NCBI GenBank assembly: GCA_050178385.1
Contig: JBFXGD010000096.1
Span: forward strand, 1-13,113
Direction: 5' to 3'
DNA length: 13,113 nt
From: Calditrichaceae bacterium
GTDB taxonomy: Bacteria; Calditrichota; Calditrichia; Calditrichales; JBFXGD01
Under the pieces are notes generated by a model that did not search any database, was not told the DNA's origin, and saw only the letters and a list, made by a program, of their open reading frames with translations. This document shows, one piece after another, positions 7,190 to 13,113 of this stretch. Numbering within the stretch: the stretch's first letter is position 1; every line of letters starts with the position of its first letter. Position numbers and translations under genes: made by a program.

Positions 7190-7988
7190 AGCCAAAACTG
7201 ATTGTGTTGCTGCTTCCAAGATCCGGGTGATATTCAAGCGCGTAACCAATGTTTATATGATTCTTTTTCATCAGGATGCCGCCCGAATAACTGTGAACAA
7301 CCTGTCTGAATCCGGTCAGCAGTTGAACTGATTGAAATAAGTTGTAATGTAAACCAAAACGATAATCAAAGTCAAACTCATTGTCTTTTACGAGATCAAT
7401 ATTTAGATTAAGTTCATTGATGGGGCTGTAGCTCAATCCAAAACTGAAAGAGGATGGCAGTTTTTCCTGTGCCTGCCCGATTTCCGGTTCGTTCAGATTT
7501 GAGACAATAAACGCGGAAGAGAATTGGCGGTTGATTTGATAAAATCCGGATATATCGAACCCCAAAGATTGGGCCTGACCATAATTGTCAATATCAAGGT
7601 GGTACCAGTTCAGGCTGACGCCGATCGAAAAGGCATCGGCAATTTCTTTTGCCAGCGCGATCCGGGTTTCGGTTTCGGCGTATAAGGAATTGCCAAAACG
7701 GTTAATTCCAAAACCAACGGGGACGTTCAGAATATTGAATGATGAGCCGAGTGTTATCTGATTCAGTCCGCTGATGCCGTAAAAATTACGGTAAAATAAA
7801 TCGAATGACGCGGTTTGTGTCAAAGAAAGTTTCGCGGGATTCAAAAAAACATCGAAAGCGATGTCCTGGGATGCGATACCGGTCATACCGCTGCCGGTGT
7901 AATTCGTGCCGTACCCTTTGGGTTCGAACGCGCCATTTGATGGAGTAAACCAAAAAAAGACCAGAATGAGAAAAAGGAGCTTTTTCAT
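7179..7988 (-). CDS. Outer-membrane beta-barrel protein, PorV/PorQ/FadL-like
   Basis: 269 aa. Sec signal peptide (MKKLLFLILVFFWFTPSNG-A). N-terminal NPAKL matches the NPA-G/x-L motif of FadL/PorV-like barrels. Many amphipathic strands ending in aromatics and a C-terminal strand ISFGYEL. RBS-like AAAGGCGG upstream. Confidence 0.7.
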   Translation of the reverse strand: MKKLLFLILVFFWFTPSNGAFEPKGYGTNYTGSGMTGIASQDIAFDVFLNPAKLSLTQTASFDLFYRNFYGISGLNQITLGSSFNILNVPVGFGINRFGNSLYAETETRIALAKEIADAFSIGVSLNWYHLDIDNYGQAQSLGFDISGFYQINRQFSSAFIVSNLNEPEIGQAQEKLPSSFSFGLSYSPINELNLNIDLVKDNEFDFDYRFGLHYNLFQSVQLLTGFRQVVHSYSGGILMKKNHINIGYALEYHPDLGSSNTISFGYEL

Positions 7989-8138
7989 TTTGCCGCCTTT
8001 GTTGATTTATAAAAATAAAATGCCGATGCAATAAAAATTCAACGCAAAAGGTTTAAATGAGGTTGTTAATCAGTTAATAGACAAAATTTACGTTCAGAAA
8101 CAGCTGATGACAACATAAAAAAAAATGGTAAAAATTTC

Positions 8139-9272
8139 ATGGAAGTATATCTGGATTACAGCGCGACCACACCGGTCGAAAAAAATGTTCTGAACGCAAT
8201 GCTTGAATGGACAAAATCCAATTGGGGAAATCCGTCAAGCATTCACCGCTTCGGACAAGCTGCAAAAATTAAGCTTGAGGAAACAAGGGATTCACTCGCC
8301 GCCAGTCTGGATTGTATGCCGAAGGAAATAATTTTTACGGGAGGCGGCACAGAGGCGAATAATATGGCGCTGATCGGGGCGGTAAGAGCCGCAAAATCAA
8401 AAGGACGGCATATCATTATTTCGGCGATTGAGCATCCTTCTGTTATCGAATCCGCAAAAGCTCTTGAAAGGGAAGGGTTTGAAATTACAATTGTTCGGCC
8501 GGGAAAGAGCGGAGTTGTGGGAACGGAAGACATCATCCCGTTCATAACGGACAGGACAATCCTGGTGTCAGTAATGTTCGTAAATAATGAAACGGGCATT
8601 ATCAATCAGGTTGGTAAAATTGCCGATCTCTGCAAAGAAAAAAATATCGTGTTTCACACTGACGCGGTACAGGCGTTTGGTAAAATACCGTTTTCTGTAA
8701 AAAACCTGAAAGCCGATTTTCTGACGGTATCGGCGCATAAAATCTATGGACCCAAGGGCATCGGCGCGCTTTACGCGCGAAATGGCGCCATGCTCGATTC
8801 CATTTCATTCGGTGGTGGGCAGGAAGCAAACCGCAGAGCCGGAACTGAAAACATGACCGGAATCGCGGGATTTGGCGAAGCGGTAAAATTGTTGGTGAAT
8901 GCGGAAGAAGATGCTAAAAAAGTGTCCGGTCTGAAAAGCTATTTTGAATCAGAACTTAGAAAAATAATCCATGATTGTTATATTGTCGGTGATGCATCAG
9001 AACGTTCGCCATATATCAGTAATGTCGCATTTAAGGGAATTGCGAATGAGAGTTTTCTGTTAAATCTTGATATGGCGGGAATTGCCGCCTCTGTCGGTTC
9101 GGCCTGCAGTTCCGGAAGTATCCGCCAGTCACATGTGCTGGAGGCCATGTCGCTTTCGGCTGATATTTTGAACAGCGCGCTGCGTTTCAGTTTCGGGAAG
9201 TTTACAACCAAAGAAGAAATTGATTATTCATTGGACAAAATAGAAGAAATCAGCCGGCGTTTGCGAAAATAA
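8139..9272 (+). CDS. iscS: Cysteine desulfurase, IscS/NifS group I (PLP-dependent)
   Basis: 377 aa. Motifs YLDYSATTP, GNPSSIH, IFTGGGTEANN, IEHPSV, NNETG, HTDAVQ, SAHK (PLP lysine), RAGTEN and GSACSS (catalytic Cys). Confidence 0.93.
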   Translation: MEVYLDYSATTPVEKNVLNAMLEWTKSNWGNPSSIHRFGQAAKIKLEETRDSLAASLDCMPKEIIFTGGGTEANNMALIGAVRAAKSKGRHIIISAIEHPSVIESAKALEREGFEITIVRPGKSGVVGTEDIIPFITDRTILVSVMFVNNETGIINQVGKIADLCKEKNIVFHTDAVQAFGKIPFSVKNLKADFLTVSAHKIYGPKGIGALYARNGAMLDSISFGGGQEANRRAGTENMTGIAGFGEAVKLLVNAEEDAKKVSGLKSYFESELRKIIHDCYIVGDASERSPYISNVAFKGIANESFLLNLDMAGIAASVGSACSSGSIRQSHVLEAMSLSADILNSALRFSFGKFTTKEEIDYSLDKIEEISRRLRK

Positions 9273-9343
9273 TAACATCTTTGAAACAGATAAATTGTTA
9301 ATGATAAAGCATTGAATCATTTCGGAAGATTGGACAAAAACAG

Positions 9344-11122
9344 ATGATGCATGATGATGAATTGAGCGGGAAGGTATACGACTCCAGATTGTTTAAAAGG
9401 ATGTTTATGTACACGCGTCCTTATAAGCACCTTGTTCTTGGAGGGGTACTGCTGATCATTATCGCGTCTTTTCTTCAACTGGCTGGGCCGTATCTCACAA
9501 AACTTGCTATCGACACGTATATAAAGGAAGGCGACTTAAACGGACTCTATAAAATTCTCGGACTTTACATCCTGGTTTTGGTCGCCATTTTCGGAGTTCA
9601 ATATTTTCAGATTTATATAACTCAGTATCTCGGTCAAAAGCTAATGTACGATCTGCGCTCGCAGATTTTCACCCACCTTCAAAAATTATCCCTGAGTTTT
9701 TTTGATAAAAATCCTGTAGGAAGGCTAATGACAAGGGTAACATCGGATGTGGAGTCCTTAAATCAGATGTTTACAGAAGGCGTGGTAAGTATTTTCGGCG
9801 ATATTTTTTTGCTGTCCGGAATTGTTGTAGTCATGCTTTCGATGAATGTGGAACTGGCGTTATGGACATTTGCCGTCATTCCGCTACTTTTTGTTATAAC
9901 GGCCATTTTTCAGAAAAAAGTACGTATAGCGTTCCGAAATATTCGTAAATGGGTGGCGCAGATTAATACGTATCTGCAGGAAAACATTACCGGGATGAAT
10001 ATTGTGCAGGTGTTCAACCGTGAACGAAAAAATTATGAGTCGTTCGCTGATATAAATCAGAAACACACCGACGCGCAGGTGAAGACGGTTTCCTATTACG
10101 CTATTTTTTATCCGGCTATTGAACTTGTCAGCGCCATTGCCCTGGCAATCGTTATCTGGCGCGGCGGATTGCTGAAAATGTCTGATCTCGTGACTTACGG
10201 CGCCCTTGTCGCGTTCATTCAGTACGCGCAGATGTTTTTCCGGCCAATAAGTGATCTTTCGGAAAAATATAATATTTTACAAGCGGCCATGGCATCATCT
10301 GAGCGGATTTTCAAGCTTTTAGATACACCGCCGAGAATCCGTTCATTGGAACAGCCGGCCGTCAAACAGTCGGTTCTGGGTAAAATTGAGTTTAAGGATG
10401 TGTGGTTTGCTTATTCAGAAGATGATTATGTGCTGAAGGATATTTCTTTTACGATTGAACCCGGTGAACGGATAGCGGTTGTGGGACATACCGGGGCGGG
10501 AAAGACGAGTCTGATTAATCTCATGGGTCGGCAGTACGAAATCCAAAAAGGACAGATTTTACTGGATGGCACTGATATTCGCGAATGGGATTTACGGAAC
10601 CTGCGTTCAACCATGGCCGTGGTTCTGCAGGATGTGTTCCTGTTTTCGGGTACCATCCTCGAAAATATTCGGTTGGGAAATCAAAAAATAAACGAAGAAC
10701 GGGTGATGGAGGCCTGCGAGAGGGTGAACGCGCATCATTTCATCCAGCGTTTGCCAAAAAAATATCATACAGTGCTGAATGAGCGCGGTACGTCTCTGTC
10801 AATGGGACAGCGCCAACTTCTTTCATTTGCCAGAGCGCTGGTTATGGAACCGCAAATTTTAATTCTTGATGAAGCGACATCAAACATCGATACAGAAACT
10901 GAAATTCTGATTCAAAGCGCTCTTGAGTATCTGATGCAGGGGCGGACATCCATCATTATCGCGCATCGATTGTCGACGATAAAACACGCGGACCGGATTC
11001 TGGTATTCCACAAGGGTCATCTAAAGGAGACCGGAACACATCAGGAACTCATGCACTTGCAGGGGCTGTATCACCAATTATACCAGCTTCAATACAGAGA
11101 GCAGGAAATTTTTATCAGTTAG
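9344..11122 (+). CDS. ABC exporter half-transporter (TMD + NBD), MdlB/YheH/TM288-like
   Basis: 592 aa. Membrane domain with FFDKNPVGRLMTRVTSDVE. Walker A GHTGAGKT, Q-loop VLQD, signature LSMGQRQ, Walker B ILILDEATS and H-switch IAHRLSTI. Confidence 0.93.
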   Translation: MMHDDELSGKVYDSRLFKRMFMYTRPYKHLVLGGVLLIIIASFLQLAGPYLTKLAIDTYIKEGDLNGLYKILGLYILVLVAIFGVQYFQIYITQYLGQKLMYDLRSQIFTHLQKLSLSFFDKNPVGRLMTRVTSDVESLNQMFTEGVVSIFGDIFLLSGIVVVMLSMNVELALWTFAVIPLLFVITAIFQKKVRIAFRNIRKWVAQINTYLQENITGMNIVQVFNRERKNYESFADINQKHTDAQVKTVSYYAIFYPAIELVSAIALAIVIWRGGLLKMSDLVTYGALVAFIQYAQMFFRPISDLSEKYNILQAAMASSERIFKLLDTPPRIRSLEQPAVKQSVLGKIEFKDVWFAYSEDDYVLKDISFTIEPGERIAVVGHTGAGKTSLINLMGRQYEIQKGQILLDGTDIREWDLRNLRSTMAVVLQDVFLFSGTILENIRLGNQKINEERVMEACERVNAHHFIQRLPKKYHTVLNERGTSLSMGQRQLLSFARALVMEPQILILDEATSNIDTETEILIQSALEYLMQGRTSIIIAHRLSTIKHADRILVFHKGHLKETGTHQELMHLQGLYHQLYQLQYREQEIFIS

Positions 11123-11207
11123 CGGATGTGTTTAGATTTAATTTTTAAAGTTTCAATTGTTCAGCTTTTTACAAATCCTTATTTTTGTTTAAATTAATTC
11201 AAAATTA

Positions 11208-11223
11208 CTGGTATGTTTTTTGC
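11208..11223 (+). promoter_or_regulatory. Putative sigma54 (RpoN) -24/-12 promoter
   Basis: CTGGTATGTTTTTTGC has GG at 11210-11211 and GC at 11222-11223, an exact GG-N10-GC spacing that matches TGGYAYR-N4-TTGC. It lies about 110 nt upstream of the ATG at 11334 and follows an AT-rich tract. Confidence 0.6.
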
Positions 11224-11333
11224 CCATACAACGGGTATGTTCATTGAGAATTTCCTGGATTTAAACTCTTTATTGAAACAGATTTATTTACCGGTCGTAA
11301 AAGATTCTAAATTAATTTTATAAAGGGGTAGAT

Positions 11334-13113
11334 ATGTACAGAAAGTTTGTGGCTTTCATCCTGATTTTTATTCTTTCCGGCTGCGCGGCATATAAGCAGC
11401 TTAAACCAAAACCCGAAATATCATTTGCGGAAAGCGGTTACATCGAACTTAAAAAGGGAGATAAATATTTTGAGCTAAAAAAAGACAAAAAATATTTTAT
11501 CCAATTTCCATCCACTCAACAGGAGAATTTTTATCTTGTCCTGAATATCTCTAATAGTGACTGGATTAGTACTTATCTAACCACCGCCTTCGACGACGGC
11601 AAAGGCACTATAGTAAAAATGGCTGACGAAGGACCGGCCGGCAGCGGCACAAGCCTTTACAGAGCTGATAAAAGTGTGCAAATATTTTACTGGGTGATAG
11701 AATCAATTCGTCAGGATATGAATCTTGAGATGCAATACCGCTACACCCCAATCTGGCGGTATAAATTTGAAACCAAGTACGCGGAATTTCAGGAGACACT
11801 CAATAAAAATTCCATAGACAGAACCGCGTATAACGAAATGGGACCGGGATTTGATTTCAACCGGTTTAAATTTTCGGATGAAATAAATAAACTAAACACC
11901 AAAAACGCCGCGCTTAAGGGGCTGAAAAAAGAACTGGCGGAAATTGAAAGCATATTCCCGGTGACCATTCTTAACACAAATGATGAAGCCTACCTGAATT
12001 ACATTGATTTGAATCAGCGTGTGAATGATGAGCTCATTTTTCAGGAAAATTATTCCCTTCTGTTGAATACCTTCAAAAAAGAAGTGGATTCCCAATCCGA
12101 TCAGGCCAAATTCATCAGCTATATTCCGGATTTTCTAAAATTTACTGAAAAGAAGAATACTTTTCCTCCAAATATAGTAACGGCGGCCAACGACATTTTT
12201 AAAGCCCGGCTTACCGATATGGGGCCCTATTTCGAAGAGGTGATAAACAGCAAGAATGACGCGTCGCGTATGGGGCTTGATGTCAACAATGTGGAAGCGT
12301 TATACACTGCCGTTGGCCAAAAAACCCCTGCCGATGTAAAAAATAGTTCCGCGTATGTCCGCGCCTATAATCAGAAGTATGACGACATGAAAGAGGCGGA
12401 GTCGAAAATAAACGACCTGAAAATGTCGGTTAAAAACAATTCCGGCTGGCCGTCAAACACTTATTTTCAGGGGAAAAGCGAGGTATTGTCCAAACTTATC
12501 TATCAACTGCCTGCAACCGGATTCTACTCGGCGGGAAAATATGCCAACACCAACGGCGCGCGGCAGCTGGATGATAAAGTACGGGATTTGCGCAATCAGG
12601 CGGCATCGCTTGATAACGGTTATAAACGCGCTGCCGGTCTCGTACCGCAGATAAACCGCCTTGGAGATGATAAGGCATATAGCCAAATGATCCGCCTTTT
12701 AAAGCAAAACAGTGATCTGAATTTCCTTACGGATATGTATTCGAACCTCGATCAGCTTTCCCTCAATACACAGTCGGGGTCCATCAAGGCCGCGCTAACC
12801 CGGGCTGACTGGTTGCAGGCCGAATCAGGGCTAAAATCACTACACTATGACACCGATTTTTTAAATCCCTCAATTATTCTTCCCAAGAAGAAATTACTTG
12901 TAAAGAGTATGGAAGATACCCTTCTCTATAAGGTTGAATCGATTTCAAAACAGCGCGCCGAAGCGCTTGTGACCGAAAATATCATGACACTGGACGGACT
13001 GGAAGATATCTATAACAGCCCGGTCTTTTTACCGGCGCACGATATCACATTCACATCAGGAAGTCAGCAGGAACTGCAGAATCGTAAAAAAGCGCTTATG
13101 GAAAGGCTGCTCT
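11334..13113 (+). CDS. Large hypothetical lipoprotein (partial, >593 aa; runs off the right edge)
   Basis: Not in the ORF track because it has no stop in the window. RBS AAAGGGG at 11322-11328. Translation MYRKFVAFILIFILSGCAAYKQLKPKPEISFAESGYIELKKGDKYFELKKDKKYFIQFP...ELQNRKKALMERLL is open to the edge. Lipobox LSG-C17. Confidence 0.88.
   Translation, partial: MYRKFVAFILIFILSGCAAYKQLKPKPEISFAESGYIELKKGDKYFELKKDKKYFIQFPSTQQENFYLVLNISNSDWISTYLTTAFDDGKGTIVKMADEGPAGSGTSLYRADKSVQIFYWVIESIRQDMNLEMQYRYTPIWRYKFETKYAEFQETLNKNSIDRTAYNEMGPGFDFNRFKFSDEINKLNTKNAALKGLKKELAEIESIFPVTILNTNDEAYLNYIDLNQRVNDELIFQENYSLLLNTFKKEVDSQSDQAKFISYIPDFLKFTEKKNTFPPNIVTAANDIFKARLTDMGPYFEEVINSKNDASRMGLDVNNVEALYTAVGQKTPADVKNSSAYVRAYNQKYDDMKEAESKINDLKMSVKNNSGWPSNTYFQGKSEVLSKLIYQLPATGFYSAGKYANTNGARQLDDKVRDLRNQAASLDNGYKRAAGLVPQINRLGDDKAYSQMIRLLKQNSDLNFLTDMYSNLDQLSLNTQSGSIKAALTRADWLQAESGLKSLHYDTDFLNPSIILPKKKLLVKSMEDTLLYKVESISKQRAEALVTENIMTLDGLEDIYNSPVFLPAHDITFTSGSQQELQNRKKALMERLL

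Noticed and set aside
7190..7249. Longer 413-aa start for the EnvC-like ORF
   Set aside because: It would overlap the barrel gene by 71 bp and bury the signal peptide. ATG 7189 is more plausible.
8117..8125. A9 homopolymer upstream of iscS as a phase-variation tract
   Set aside because: Short A/T runs are common in this AT-rich window, and the gene is housekeeping.
4025..10782. Short ORFs within the PBP1A, envC, barrel, iscS and ABC genes (e.g. 4203-4490, 5074-5433, 7786-8031, 8243-8605, 10426-10656)
   Set aside because: They overlap conserved genes fully or almost fully and have no protein-like features.
11225..11239. CATAC-N5-GTATG mini-hairpin and repeated GGTATGTT as a terminator, riboswitch or ncRNA
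   Set aside because: The stem is only 5 bp with no U-tract, and there is no recognisable aptamer.
11608..12686. Five minus-strand ORFs of 60-77 aa that could look like a small-protein cluster
   Set aside because: They are antisense to the continuous plus-strand lipoprotein frame starting at 11334, which has an RBS and a lipobox.
1..13113. CRISPR arrays, tRNA/rRNA, IS/integrase/prophage, toxin-antitoxin or defence genes
   Set aside because: I saw no regularly spaced repeats, RNA gene signatures, or transposase, nuclease or phage motifs. All intergenic gaps are 211 bp or shorter.

Overview
A gene-dense, moderately AT-rich bacterial window dominated by cell-envelope genes. The gene set (DUF4292-type lipoprotein, PorV/PorQ-like barrel, SpII lipoproteins) suggests a diderm of the FCB group or a relative such as Calditrichota; this is an inference. 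From left to right: (i) a minus-strand operon, TPR lipoprotein -> DUF4292/LolB-like lipoprotein -> polyprenol-phosphate GT2 -> second GT2 running off the window; (ii) a divergent class A PBP (PBP1A-type); (iii) a convergent minus-strand pair, OM beta-barrel -> EnvC-like degenerate M23 protein; (iv) an IscS/NifS cysteine desulfurase; (v) an ABC exporter half-transporter; (vi) a >593-aa unrecognised lipoprotein that the ORF track missed, preceded by a good sigma54 -24/-12 match. I saw no RNA genes, mobile elements, CRISPR arrays or defence systems. Most of the region looks like ordinary housekeeping. The best leads are the possibly sigma54-driven orphan lipoprotein, the LbcA-like/LolB-like pair set among peptidoglycan genes and glycosyltransferases, and the barrel-EnvC coupling. 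All family calls come from motif recognition by eye, not database searches.
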